NCBI GenBank assembly: GCA_031426555.1
Contig: JANPLN010000040.1
Span: 1-61,337 of the forward strand
Length of the DNA stretch: 61,337 nucleotides
Origin: Bdellovibrionales bacterium
GTDB lineage: Bacteria > Bdellovibrionota > Bdellovibrionia > Bdellovibrionales > JAGQZY01
Reading direction: 5' to 3'
Position 1 is the stretch's first letter. Every line of letters starts with the position of its first letter. A program made the position numbers and the translations under genes. Positions 1 through 10,024 of the stretch are shown here, piece after piece. The notes beneath the pieces were generated by a model that saw only the letters and a program-made list of their open reading frames with translations, had not been told where the DNA came from and did not search any database.

Positions 1-78
1 TATGCAATGAGTCCCAAAAGAGAGTGTGTAAGTGCCTTGTTCCTACCTTTTGAGGGTGAATTCTGTTAACAATTCCGA

Positions 79-753
79 ATGGCAAAACTTGAAGTTTTAA
101 CGTTTCCAAATCCGCAATTGCGACACAAAGCTAAGCCCATTGAGAAGGTCACGCCGGAGATTCAACAGCTGGCTGCGGATATGCTGGAGACCATGTACGC
201 GGAAAAAGGAATTGGTCTTGCGGCCATTCAAGTGGGCGTGGAAAAACGTCTCTTGGTGATGGATATTCGCCCGGTGGGTGATGACGATCGTTATGATCTT
301 AGTGGTCTATCGGAGCTTGAAAAACAAGTGCCCATGCCTTTGGTGATTTTGAATCCTGAAATTTTAAAAAAACAAGGTCGTACAACCTACGAAGAGGGAT
401 GTTTGAGCGTGCCGGGTTACTACGAGACCGTCAGTCGCGATGAGTACATTGAAGTGCGTGGCATGGACATTCACGGAAAAGCCATGGAGTTGAAATTGGA
501 TGGTCTCCTCGCCATTTGCATGCAGCACGAGATCGATCATTTGGATGGCAAAGTGTTTATCGATCGATTGAGTCCTATCAAATCCATGCGTCTTAAATCA
601 AAAATTAAAAAGTTTGGTTACAATGCCAAAAAGTCCGATGACGACGATGCTGACGACGTAGACGACAACCTGGCGGACGACGAACTTGGGGAGAAAGTCG
701 CCGTGAAGGTCCGTGAGATGACCAAAAAAATTCCCAACAAGAGCGGCAAATAA
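79..753 (+). CDS. def: Peptide deformylase
   Basis: GIGLAAIQ, EGCLS and QHEIDH motifs; directly upstream of fmt; extra acidic C-terminal tail. Confidence 0.97.
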   Translation: MAKLEVLTFPNPQLRHKAKPIEKVTPEIQQLAADMLETMYAEKGIGLAAIQVGVEKRLLVMDIRPVGDDDRYDLSGLSELEKQVPMPLVILNPEILKKQGRTTYEEGCLSVPGYYETVSRDEYIEVRGMDIHGKAMELKLDGLLAICMQHEIDHLDGKVFIDRLSPIKSMRLKSKIKKFGYNAKKSDDDDADDVDDNLADDELGEKVAVKVREMTKKIPNKSGK

Positions 754-1722
754 ATGGCCTTCCGTGTTCTGTTTTGTGGAACGCCGGACTTTGCTTTGCC
801 AGCGCTGACTATGCTTTCTCAAATGCCCGAAATAAAAATTATCCACGCGCTATCTCAGCCCGACCGCCCATCAGGGCGCGGACACAAGCTCCAGGCAAGT
901 CCTGTGAAACAAAAAGCCATCGAACTGCTAATTCCTGTTTCCACGCCCGAAAATATAAACACTCCAGAGACTATCGACTTTTTAAAAACCTTAAAGCTCG
1001 ATGCCATTGTCGTGGTGGCCTATGGGCAAATTCTGAAGCAACCTTTTTTGGACTTGTGCCCGCAGAAGTGTGTAAATCTCCATGGCAGTTGTTTGCCACG
1101 CTGGCGCGGGGCTGCGCCCATTCAGCGAGCGATCATGGCTGGTGACCGCAAAAGTGGTGTAAGTCTGCAAGTGATTGTAAAAAAATTAGATGCCGGCCCG
1201 GTGATTGGGGAAAGAACTCTCAAGCTCGAATCAAATATCAACGCTCTTCAGTTGCACAACGAATTACAGGTTCTCGGCGGCGATTTGTTTAAAAATGAAT
1301 TTTTAGATTTTCTCAGTGGAAAAATTCAACCCCGCGTGCAAGACGAAACGCAGGTGACCTATGCGGCAAAGATCGAAAAAGTAGAAGCGCAAATCGATTG
1401 GTCGTGGCCCGCCACAAAAATTCACAACCTGGTTCGCGGTTTGGCCATGGGTCCCCATGCGACCACGGTTTTCAAGGGCGTGCCTTACAAGATTCATCAA
1501 ACACGGGTTAACGAAAGTTCGGTCGATGGCCGCGGCGGTCAAATACGAGTCGGCCAAATACTAACAATTGCAAAAGATCATCTCACCGTCGCTTGCGGCG
1601 AGGGCACTCTCGAGATTTGGCAAGTGCAGCCGGAGTCTAAAAAGAGAATGAGTGTGGAAGAGCATTTACGAGGATTTCAGTTTGCGCCGGGCGAATGCTT
1701 CGGCCAGGAGACAGTAGTATGA
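754..1722 (+). CDS. fmt: Methionyl-tRNA formyltransferase
   Basis: GTPDFA, QPDRPSGRG, VVAYG, NLHGSCLPRWRGAAPIQ motifs; def-fmt order. Confidence 0.97.
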   Translation: MAFRVLFCGTPDFALPALTMLSQMPEIKIIHALSQPDRPSGRGHKLQASPVKQKAIELLIPVSTPENINTPETIDFLKTLKLDAIVVVAYGQILKQPFLDLCPQKCVNLHGSCLPRWRGAAPIQRAIMAGDRKSGVSLQVIVKKLDAGPVIGERTLKLESNINALQLHNELQVLGGDLFKNEFLDFLSGKIQPRVQDETQVTYAAKIEKVEAQIDWSWPATKIHNLVRGLAMGPHATTVFKGVPYKIHQTRVNESSVDGRGGQIRVGQILTIAKDHLTVACGEGTLEIWQVQPESKKRMSVEEHLRGFQFAPGECFGQETVV

Positions 1723-1732
1723 GTACTAAAAT

Positions 1733-2380
1733 ATGATACGACCAAAAAAAATGGTGGCGCCAAGTATCCTGTCGGCGGATTTTGCCAACCTTGAAAAGGA
1801 AGTGAACGCGGTGATGGCCGCCGGTGCGGATTGGATCCATGTGGATGTGATGGATGGACACTTTGTTCCCAATCTTACCATCGGGGCCCCGGTGGTAAAA
1901 TCGTTGCGCAAAATTAAAAATATTTTTCTCGATTGTCATTTAATGATCGAGGAGCCCGAAAAATACGTGGACGATTTTTTAAAAGCGGGAGCCGATAATA
2001 TCACGCTGCATGTGGAGTCCAAGGGCGACATCGCCGAGCTTCTACGCCACATCAAGCGACAAAATTGCAAAGCTGGAATCACTCTTCGACCGCGCACGCC
2101 TGTGGAGACGCTGATTCCCTACCTTTCTTTGGTTGATGTTATTTTAGTGATGACCGTGGAGCCGGGCTTCGGTGGTCAATCTTTTATGCTCGAGCAGGTG
2201 GAAAAAATAAAATGGTTGCGACAAGACATCGACCAAAAAAAACGCTCCATTCTGATTGAGGTGGACGGCGGAGTGAATGCCGAAAGCCTGCCGCACTTAA
2301 AAGATGCAGATGTGCTTGTCGCGGGCAATTTTATTTTTAAAAGTGATTATTCAAAAACAATTCAGTTTTTAAAGGGATAA
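1733..2380 (+). CDS. rpe: Ribulose-phosphate 3-epimerase
   Basis: APSILSADF, HVDVMDGHFVPNLT, MTVEPGFGGQ, VDGG motifs. Confidence 0.97.
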   Translation: MIRPKKMVAPSILSADFANLEKEVNAVMAAGADWIHVDVMDGHFVPNLTIGAPVVKSLRKIKNIFLDCHLMIEEPEKYVDDFLKAGADNITLHVESKGDIAELLRHIKRQNCKAGITLRPRTPVETLIPYLSLVDVILVMTVEPGFGGQSFMLEQVEKIKWLRQDIDQKKRSILIEVDGGVNAESLPHLKDADVLVAGNFIFKSDYSKTIQFLKG

Positions 2381-2382
2381 AA

Positions 2383-3912
2383 ATGCAAATTTCTGGGGAC
2401 AACGTCAATTTAGCGTTTGTAGTTCAAGTTGCCAAGGGTGAAACAAAAGTAGAGCTCGCAGCCGAGGCGCGAAAAAAAATGATCGCCTCGCGAACCTACA
2501 TCATGAACAGAGTGGAAAAAGGCGAAATCATCTACGGCGTCAACACAGGCTTTGGAGCCTTTAGCAGTGTTTCCATTTCGCAGCCGCAGATTGTTCAATT
2601 GCAAAAAAATCTCATTCGTTCCCACTGCATGGGCGTCGGCCTTCCGTTTACAAAAGAAGAATCCCGCGCCATTTTATTTTTGCGCGCCAATGCATTATCT
2701 CGTGGCCACAGCGGCATTCGCCCCGAAGTGGTGGATAAACTTTTAGAGTTTCTCAACAACGACATCATCCCGGTGATTCCGCAGCAGGGCAGTGTGGGTG
2801 CAAGCGGCGATTTAGCGCCGTTGTCACATCTGGCGTTGGCAATTATTGGCGAAGGCGAGGCCTGGGATGCTGATGGAAAACCTGCACCCGTGCAAAAACT
2901 TTTAAAAGCAAAAAACATCGAACCTCTGGAGCTTCAAGCCAAAGAGGGATTGTCCATGATCAATGGCTGTCAGGTGATGACGGCCATCGGACTTTTGCAT
3001 TTGGAGCGCGCTCGCTGCCTGACGTGGTTTTCGGACTTAGCCGGCGCCATGACTCTCGAAGCCATGCAGGGGAGTCGCAAAGCGTTTGATCCGCTCATCG
3101 CAGCCACGCGGCCCCATCCAGGCGAGGCAAAAACCGCGCGTAATATTTTAAAACTCATGGGCCCAACCTCTGGCATCGCCGATGGCCACGCCAATTGCGG
3201 TCGTGTGCAGGACGCGTACTCTCTGCGCTGTATGCCCGCCGTGCACGGTGCCGTGAAAGACGCCGTTGGAAATTCTCTGCGCACGCTCGAGATCGAAGCC
3301 AACTCCAGCACCGACAATCCTCTGGTGTTTGCCGACGACGGTAAAATTTTATCCTGCGGAAACTTCCACGGCGAGCCGGTGGCATTTGCCATGGACTTTG
3401 TGGCCATTGCCATGAGCGCCATGGGTGCGATTTCAGAATGCCGCATCGAAAAGCTCATCAACCCCGCCATGAGTGGCTTGCCAGCGTTCCTTGCGCCCGA
3501 CGGCGGACTCAATAGCGGTCATATGATTGTGCAAGTGGCGGCAGCGTCCTTAGTGAGCGAAAATAAAATTCTCTCCCATCCAGCGTCGGTGGACAGCATT
3601 CCCACTTCGGCCGATAAAGAAGATCATGTGAGCATGGGCACTATCGCCGCCCGAAAATTTGGGCAAATCGTGGACAACGTCGAAAATGTGATCGCCATGG
3701 AATTTTTGTCTGCCACGCAAGCTTTAGATCTTTTAAAACCTCTTAAGTCTGCGTCCACCGTGTTGAAAGCCTACGACGTGATTCGCAGCGAAGTTCCTTT
3801 TGCCAAAGAGGACCGCGTGTTTGCCAAAGACGTCGAAAAAATAAAAACTTTGATGCGCAACGGTTTACTGATGAACGCAATTACTTCCACTGTAGGAGAA
3901 CTCGAATGGTAA
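2383..3912 (+). CDS. hutH: Histidine ammonia-lyase
   Basis: [11 protein letters not shown]-forming [23 protein letters not shown]. Confidence 0.97.
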   Translation: MQISGDNVNLAFVVQVAKGETKVELAAEARKKMIASRTYIMNRVEKGEIIYGVNTGFGAFSSVSISQPQIVQLQKNLIRSHCMGVGLPFTKEESRAILFLRANALSRGHSGIRPEVVDKLLEFLNNDIIPVIPQQGSVGASGDLAPLSHLALAIIGEGEAWDADGKPAPVQKLLKAKNIEPLELQAKEGLSMINGCQVMTAIGLLHLERARCLTWFSDLAGAMTLEAMQGSRKAFDPLIAATRPHPGEAKTARNILKLMGPTSGIADGHANCGRVQDAYSLRCMPAVHGAVKDAVGNSLRTLEIEANSSTDNPLVFADDGKILSCGNFHGEPVAFAMDFVAIAMSAMGAISECRIEKLINPAMSGLPAFLAPDGGLNSGHMIVQVAAASLVSENKILSHPASVDSIPTSADKEDHVSMGTIAARKFGQIVDNVENVIAMEFLSATQALDLLKPLKSASTVLKAYDVIRSEVPFAKEDRVFAKDVEKIKTLMRNGLLMNAITSTVGELEW

Positions 3913-5549
3913 GAACAGTCAAATCCCCCACAGGAACCAAACTCCATTGCAAAGGGTGGCTGCAAGAAGCCGCCTACCGAATGATTCAAAACAACCTCGA
4001 TCCCGGTGTGGCCGAAAAACCCGAGGATTTAATTGTGTACGGTGGCATCGGCAAAGCCGCGCGCAACTGGCCGGCCTTTGATGCCATTCTTAAACAGCTC
4101 ACAATTTTAGAAAATGACGAAACGTTGCTGGTGCAATCGGGAAAACCCGTGGGTGTGATAAAGACCCACGAAGATGCGCCGCGAGTTCTCATTGCAAACT
4201 CCAACCTTGTTCCGCAATGGGCAACGTGGGAGCACTTTCACGAGCTCGATAAAAAAGGTTTGATGATGTACGGCCAAATGACCGCAGGGTCGTGGATCTA
4301 CATCGGCACGCAAGGCATTGTGCAGGGAACGTACGAAACCTTTGCCGAAGTCGGCCGCCAGCATTTTGGTGGGAGTCTTAAGGGAAAAATAATTCTCACA
4401 GCAGGGCTCGGCGGAATGGGCGGAGCGCAACCTCTGGCAGGAGTTTTTGCGGGAGCTTGTGTTCTAACAGTGGACATCGATCCCGAGCGAATTCAAAAAC
4501 GTCTCGACACCAAGTACGTCGACGAATCCAGCGACAACTTGGACGATGCATGGAAACGCATGCAGGCCTACGCTGCGAAAGGCGAAGCCAAGTCCATCGG
4601 TCTTGTTGGCAATATGGCTGAAATCATTCATCAGATGCTCGAAAAAAATTATTTGCCCGATGTTCTCACCGATCAAACCTCGGCCCATGATCCCCTCAAT
4701 GGCTATGTTCCCGAAGGATATACTTTGGCGAAGGCGGCAGAGCTCAGAGCTTCTGATCCACAGGAGTACGTCAAAAAATCGGTGGCCAGCATGACCAAGC
4801 ATGTGCGCGGCATGGTGGCCATGCAGAACAAAGGTGTGATCACTTTTGATTACGGTAACAACATTCGCGCACGGGCTGTTGAAGGCGGGTTTGCAGAGGC
4901 GTTTTCCTTTCAAGGATTTGTGCCGGCTTATATTCGACCGCTGTTTTGCAAAGGCAGTGGACCGTTTCGTTTTGTGGCGCTGTCTGGCGATCCAAACGAT
5001 ATCTATGTGGCCGATGAAGCTTTAAAAGAATTATTTCCGCACAAACCGCATTTATTAAACTGGCTCAAAATGGCCAGGGAACGCATTTCCTTTCAGGGAT
5101 TACCGGCGCGCATCTGTTGGCTGGAATACGGCGAGCGTGCCTTGGCAGGCCTGAAACTGAATGAGCTCGTTGCCCAGGGAAAAATCAAAGCTCCCATCGT
5201 GATTGGTCGAGACCATTTGGATTGTGGTTCCGTGACTTCTCCCAATCGCGAAACCGAAGCCATGAAGGATGGTTCGGACGCCGTGGGTGATTGGCCCATC
5301 CTGAATGCCCTTGCAAACACCGCTTGCGGCGCCACTTGGGTGAGCTTTCACCACGGTGGTGGCGTTGGGATGGGATATAGTTTGCACGCGGGGCAGGTGA
5401 TCGTTGCCGATGGAACCGACAAGGCAGCCAAGCGTTTGCAGCGCGTATTAACTGCCGATCCAGGAATGGGAGTCTTCCGTCATGTGGATGCCGGTTACGA
5501 AGACGCGATGCAAGTAGCAAAAGAACGCGATGTTAAGGCGTTTTTCTAA
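3906..5549 (+). CDS. hutU: Urocanate hydratase
   Basis: [41 protein letters not shown] motifs. Confidence 0.97.
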   Translation: MVRTVKSPTGTKLHCKGWLQEAAYRMIQNNLDPGVAEKPEDLIVYGGIGKAARNWPAFDAILKQLTILENDETLLVQSGKPVGVIKTHEDAPRVLIANSNLVPQWATWEHFHELDKKGLMMYGQMTAGSWIYIGTQGIVQGTYETFAEVGRQHFGGSLKGKIILTAGLGGMGGAQPLAGVFAGACVLTVDIDPERIQKRLDTKYVDESSDNLDDAWKRMQAYAAKGEAKSIGLVGNMAEIIHQMLEKNYLPDVLTDQTSAHDPLNGYVPEGYTLAKAAELRASDPQEYVKKSVASMTKHVRGMVAMQNKGVITFDYGNNIRARAVEGGFAEAFSFQGFVPAYIRPLFCKGSGPFRFVALSGDPNDIYVADEALKELFPHKPHLLNWLKMARERISFQGLPARICWLEYGERALAGLKLNELVAQGKIKAPIVIGRDHLDCGSVTSPNRETEAMKDGSDAVGDWPILNALANTACGATWVSFHHGGGVGMGYSLHAGQVIVADGTDKAAKRLQRVLTADPGMGVFRHVDAGYEDAMQVAKERDVKAFF

Positions 5550-5687
5550 AAGCTTTCTTTTAAACATGCGAGGTGCTGTTTCTACAATCAGCGCATCAGT
5601 ACCTTTGTAAAAATCTCACTGAAGATTTGCAGAGTGGACAACTGCTGATGGATCTTCGTAAAACCATCGTCGGCAGGGGCGGGGACG

Positions 5688-6470
5688 ATGGGGTTTTCAA
5701 TGGGGCAATCAGTTTTCGTTTTTTTATGTCTAAGTCTTTTTAATTTTGCGTACGCAGAAATACGTCCTTACGTGGACACCATGATCGTGGTGGCCGTGGA
5801 TGTTTCGGGAAGCGTGAACGACAATGAATACAATATTCAAAAGTCAGGAATTGTCGAAGCGTTTTCCGATCCGTCGGTGCAACGCCTTCTTCTACAGTGC
5901 TCTCCAAATGGCATTGGGATCACCTACGTGGAATGGTCGGGCAGTAGTCAATCCAACACCTTGGTGTCTGTAAAGCCTGTTGTCCAGGTGATTCCTTGGA
6001 CGCGATTATTAAGTCCACAAGATATGGTCGACTTTGCCAATAAACTTTTAGGAAGTCCGCGAAGTTCCCGCGGCGAAACCGATATTGCGCGCAGTCTCGC
6101 CTTTGCCCGGGAGCTCTTAGATTCTGCCCCCTTCGAAAGCTATAACCGGATCGTGTCATTAAGCACCGACGGTCAACAAGGTTTTACGATCAGTGGAGTT
6201 TCCACCGAAGACTTTTTAAAATCCGAACGCGATAAGCTTGCAAGTATGGGTGTGACGATCAACGCCATCGGCATCGAAACGGACCTCCATATAGATCCCG
6301 GCATGATGGTGTCCATGCCCAGCACCGCAGATAAAACCATTGAAAGTTATTTAAATGAAAACGTTCGCTCGGGCGCAAATTCGTTTGTGACCCCGGCCGC
6401 CGATTTTAAAGCCTACAGCGAGGCTTTTAAAAAGCAGCTGTACGTGATGATGAACGCCTGCATCAGTTAG
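5688..6470 (+). CDS. DUF1194-like von Willebrand factor A domain protein, secreted
   Basis: Signal peptide, MIDAS motif AVDVSGS, YVEWSG, STDG. Confidence 0.8.
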   Translation: MGFSMGQSVFVFLCLSLFNFAYAEIRPYVDTMIVVAVDVSGSVNDNEYNIQKSGIVEAFSDPSVQRLLLQCSPNGIGITYVEWSGSSQSNTLVSVKPVVQVIPWTRLLSPQDMVDFANKLLGSPRSSRGETDIARSLAFARELLDSAPFESYNRIVSLSTDGQQGFTISGVSTEDFLKSERDKLASMGVTINAIGIETDLHIDPGMMVSMPSTADKTIESYLNENVRSGANSFVTPAADFKAYSEAFKKQLYVMMNACIS

Positions 6471-6472
6471 TT

Positions 6473-7690
6473 TTAATCATACTTCTTTAAAAAAATAAAA
6501 TTCATCAGCTTCAGCCGCTGCTGCTTTTTTAAATCGTGAATTTTGTAAAACGTCTGTCGCCAGAAGATTCCGCCTCGGTAAATGCACAAAATGGCCCCTC
6601 GCCAAATGGCTATCAATGAAAACAGTTTTGCAAGCGGCAAAAAAAGTACGATGGACCTGTGAAAGCTTGAGCACTTTTTTAGCATTTTATAATTGGCAAA
6701 CTGATAAATTAAAAAACTCAGCGCAAGAACGATCAAACTCCAAAAGCTAGGATATAAAAATGGAATGAGGTAGAGCCCCAGCAACCAGTGGCTCATTAAA
6801 AATGTAAAAATAAATAAAATAAAAATATTGTACTGAAAGATCGAGAAAGAATTTTTCTCTAAGCCGCGAATATAAGAGCCAACGGTGGGATACCATTCGA
6901 TTTTCACTTCGTTAAGGCCACTGACTATGTCGCAGACGGCGCCGGAGTTTTTCATCATAAAGCCAAAACCGCCGTCGTCGATCACTTCCATCCTTAGCCA
7001 CTCAAGTCCTCGGGATTTTTTATAGACCGAGCTTTTTACAAAATTGAAAGCTCCACAGCCAATGGCTTCCTTGCGTTTTTTATTGCGGATTTTTAATAAA
7101 TCAATAGCCAATGAGCCCGAGGATAAAAACTGCGCAATGCAGAGTTGTATCCAAAAGCCGCGGGCGAGAATATGTGGAATCAACGTTAAAAATTCGACCT
7201 GATTTGTTTCACAGTGAGCCACAGCTTTTTTTAACGTGTCTTTGCCAAAATGAACATCGGCATCAGAAAACAAAATCCAGTGGCCTGTTGCGTGCTGCAA
7301 CCCTTGATATTGTGCATGAACTTTTCCAAGCCACCCCTCGGGTAAGGACGTTACATTCACAACCCGTATCTGAGGACGATTCGCCTGATAGCTCACCTCG
7401 TCGTTCGCGCAAAGGTCGGCAATGATGGAGCCCGTGCGATCGGTGGAGCGGTCGTTGACCACGATCACTTCAAGATTAGGATAGTTGTGGTTCAGCAGTG
7501 ACTGCAAAGCCGGGCCGATGGTGGATTCTTCGTTGCAGGCGGGTATGATCAGACTGATTTTAGGCCACGACAAACGCTCGGGAACAAGCACTTCGGATAA
7601 AAGCCTCAGATGTCGAGCGAAAGAAATCTGTTTGCGGGCTAAGAGGAGAAGTCCTAAGGCGCTACCCATAATCCATAAGTCGTAAATCAT
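6473..7690 (-). CDS. Membrane glycosyltransferase family 2
   Basis: IIPACNEE, NDRSTD, GWLGK, FSDAD (DxD); C-terminal TM helices. Confidence 0.9.
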   Translation of the reverse strand: MIYDLWIMGSALGLLLLARKQISFARHLRLLSEVLVPERLSWPKISLIIPACNEESTIGPALQSLLNHNYPNLEVIVVNDRSTDRTGSIIADLCANDEVSYQANRPQIRVVNVTSLPEGWLGKVHAQYQGLQHATGHWILFSDADVHFGKDTLKKAVAHCETNQVEFLTLIPHILARGFWIQLCIAQFLSSGSLAIDLLKIRNKKRKEAIGCGAFNFVKSSVYKKSRGLEWLRMEVIDDGGFGFMMKNSGAVCDIVSGLNEVKIEWYPTVGSYIRGLEKNSFSIFQYNIFILFIFTFLMSHWLLGLYLIPFLYPSFWSLIVLALSFLIYQFANYKMLKKCSSFHRSIVLFLPLAKLFSLIAIWRGAILCIYRGGIFWRQTFYKIHDLKKQQRLKLMNFIFLKKYD

Positions 7691-7906
7691 TTTAGGCTCT
7701 GATTTGGGTACACCCGCATTGCCCTATTCTAATTGAACGCTACCCCATCGGCAAGGAACTCGCTTCCTGAGGTATTAAAAAGCGGTTTACCTGATAGCGA
7801 ACGCCGGTAGGGGCTGACAATTTTTGCCGACGGAGAAGCTAAAGTGACAAAATTGGGAATAGCGTCTCTTAAACTAGAGGCCTTTGAGGTTTAAATGAAA
7901 TTCGGT

Positions 7907-7922
7907 TGGAACGAACTATGCA
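7907..7922 (+). promoter_or_regulatory. Putative sigma54 (-24/-12) promoter
   Basis: TGGAACGAACTATGCA: GG-N10-GC, about 45 nt upstream of the ATG at 7967. Confidence 0.6.
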
Positions 7923-7966
7923 TTGAAGCTGTTTAGGCTTGCACAGCCTTAACGAGGTCACTACAT

Positions 7967-9301
7967 ATGCGCCAACGGTACGTTTCATTCTTCTTTGTTT
8001 TTTTTGCGTTATTCATCACAATTCCCGGCGTGGCGGGTGGTCCTGGAGTGAGCAGTCCAGCAAACGTCATTCGCTCCCAGATACTTGACAATTTCAACGC
8101 CTTTCCGCAAAGCACCGAAGAGCAGCGACTGCAAACTTTGGGAGAGCTTCTTGTACCTAACTCACAAACTGATTTTACATATCCGCCGTTTCCTCGAACT
8201 TGGCTTGAACTCAGTCTTGAAAACTTCGTAGAAACCAGTACCACGGCCTCATTTGATACTGGCAAACTTTCTTGGGCCATTGAGACTTTGGCTGCGCCGT
8301 ATGCTGTGACGGCGTCGCTAGCGAGAAACGCCGTTGGAATGTTGGGTACAGCGATCAAAGCGGTTCGTCCGGGCATGACGGTGTCTGGAGTTGGTTACAG
8401 CGCTGAAGCAACGGTCTCTTACGGCTACAGTTACAAATCGACTTTCATGGCGATGACGTCGCTCAAGCAGATTCGTCCACAGGCCAAGCAGAACGTCGTA
8501 AATCCCATCAAAATTCCCGAAAAATCTGAACCAGAAGCTTTCCTGCGTCCATTACTGAAATGGAACCCGAGCACAAAGCGCACGACTTTTAACGTGTCGA
8601 CAGAGTATCCCGTATTAGGAATGTGCAAGTATGAGCTTACGATGACCATGGGGGAAACCAACCAAAATACGATCTCCTTTGTCTTTGGTAATCGCAACGA
8701 GTTGACAAAAAATATCGTAACCACCACCTATGCTGTGTTTTCAAACTTTTTTCTTATCGAAGGCGATGTTCCTGTGCAAGATTACTTACGCACCAAATGT
8801 GCTGAGGTTTTCACAGAGGCGGTACGATTTGTTGCTGAGCCCGACTTTAACAACGTCATCTTAGAAACTTTTGCTCACTATCACCCTCAAGCCCAATGTG
8901 ATTGGGCACCCGAGCAAACTCAAGATCCCCGTGGTGATGCGAGTTGCATGGATTGGTTTCGGAACCCACGACACGTGATGGGCTCTTATCGACGAGTCAC
9001 AGTTCCGCGATGTGTCTTAGGAAACCAAGGCATTCCCGTTTGCACGCTGAAGTCGATACAAGGAACACAATGTCCTATTTACGAATACCAAGGGCACCTG
9101 ACTGAACGTCGTCCCATTGATGGGGGTCGACAATTAAATCCAACGAGCGCACGGTTGTTCGCATGTGATAAAGGGTTGAGTTGTGTCCCTAGTGGAGGAA
9201 CCGACCCATTGTACTATAACATAGGGGATAATTTTCTCGAGAAAACATGGACGCGGATGACCGGCGTAACAGCAAGTTGTCGAGCAGGGAATGGAAGATA
9301 A
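7967..9301 (+). CDS. Secreted hypothetical protein with Cys-rich C-terminal region
   Basis: 444-aa ORF, signal peptide, multiple Cys in the C-terminal third; no family recognised. Confidence 0.8.
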   Translation: MRQRYVSFFFVFFALFITIPGVAGGPGVSSPANVIRSQILDNFNAFPQSTEEQRLQTLGELLVPNSQTDFTYPPFPRTWLELSLENFVETSTTASFDTGKLSWAIETLAAPYAVTASLARNAVGMLGTAIKAVRPGMTVSGVGYSAEATVSYGYSYKSTFMAMTSLKQIRPQAKQNVVNPIKIPEKSEPEAFLRPLLKWNPSTKRTTFNVSTEYPVLGMCKYELTMTMGETNQNTISFVFGNRNELTKNIVTTTYAVFSNFFLIEGDVPVQDYLRTKCAEVFTEAVRFVAEPDFNNVILETFAHYHPQAQCDWAPEQTQDPRGDASCMDWFRNPRHVMGSYRRVTVPRCVLGNQGIPVCTLKSIQGTQCPIYEYQGHLTERRPIDGGRQLNPTSARLFACDKGLSCVPSGGTDPLYYNIGDNFLEKTWTRMTGVTASCRAGNGR

Positions 9302-9302
9302 T

Positions 9303-9983
9303 ATGAAGCTATTTTACAAATGCCTAATTTTAGTAACTTTCAATTTGCAAGCTGTCGCGTGGTCGCAAACCACAGCCATTCAGCAATTGCGGGCAACGCA
9401 AGAAGAACAAAATCGTAGAGCGCAATTAAATATCGAAGAGATGCGACGCCTTGAAGACGAAAAAGTTCGTTTAGCCAATAGGCTTGCTGAAACCAACCAA
9501 CTCATGACGACACTTCAGTCGCAAACAACCGGTAACCTGAGCACACCCATTTCACTCGAAGAGATTGGACATCTTTTAGAAAACAAAACCTTTGGCGGAT
9601 GTGAAGTTACTTCAGGTGAGCAGCTTGGAATCTATTACATCAAAAATAAACGATCCGACGAGCGAATTCGGTTTGTCTTTTTATCAAAAGAAAATGTTTT
9701 GGCCGCCCAAGCGAAAATTGTTAAAAATGAATTTGCTCATACCAGTGAAGAGCAAGTCAAAGATGTGTTCGAAATTTTTCAACCAAAGTATGATCCTAAC
9801 AAAATTACGCAAGAAGGGCCGGTTACAGCCACTCTACGTTTCGAACTGAGTTCAAACGAAATTGGTAGGGTCCGACATGCTGTGTTTACAGGTCTAGTCG
9901 CGCCCGAAGAAACCACCGGATTCTTTTCCTGGTTTAAGTCGAAACCCGCCGAAGGTAGTGTCGCGGTGATTACATGTTTGTAA
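9303..9983 (+). CDS. Secreted hypothetical protein with N-terminal coiled coil
   Basis: Signal peptide from MKLFYK, Q/E/R-rich helix; abuts the previous gene (ORF track start 9291). Confidence 0.75.
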   Translation: MKLFYKCLILVTFNLQAVAWSQTTAIQQLRATQEEQNRRAQLNIEEMRRLEDEKVRLANRLAETNQLMTTLQSQTTGNLSTPISLEEIGHLLENKTFGGCEVTSGEQLGIYYIKNKRSDERIRFVFLSKENVLAAQAKIVKNEFAHTSEEQVKDVFEIFQPKYDPNKITQEGPVTATLRFELSSNEIGRVRHAVFTGLVAPEETTGFFSWFKSKPAEGSVAVITCL

Positions 9984-9996
9984 TTGTTAACAAAGC

Positions 9997-10024
9997 TTAA
10001 TTTTTAAAGATCTACCTCCGATAA
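9997..10024 (+). promoter_or_regulatory. Putative FliA (sigma28)-type promoter
   Basis: TTAA-N16-TCCGATAA versus consensus TAAA-N15-GCCGATAA. Confidence 0.45.
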
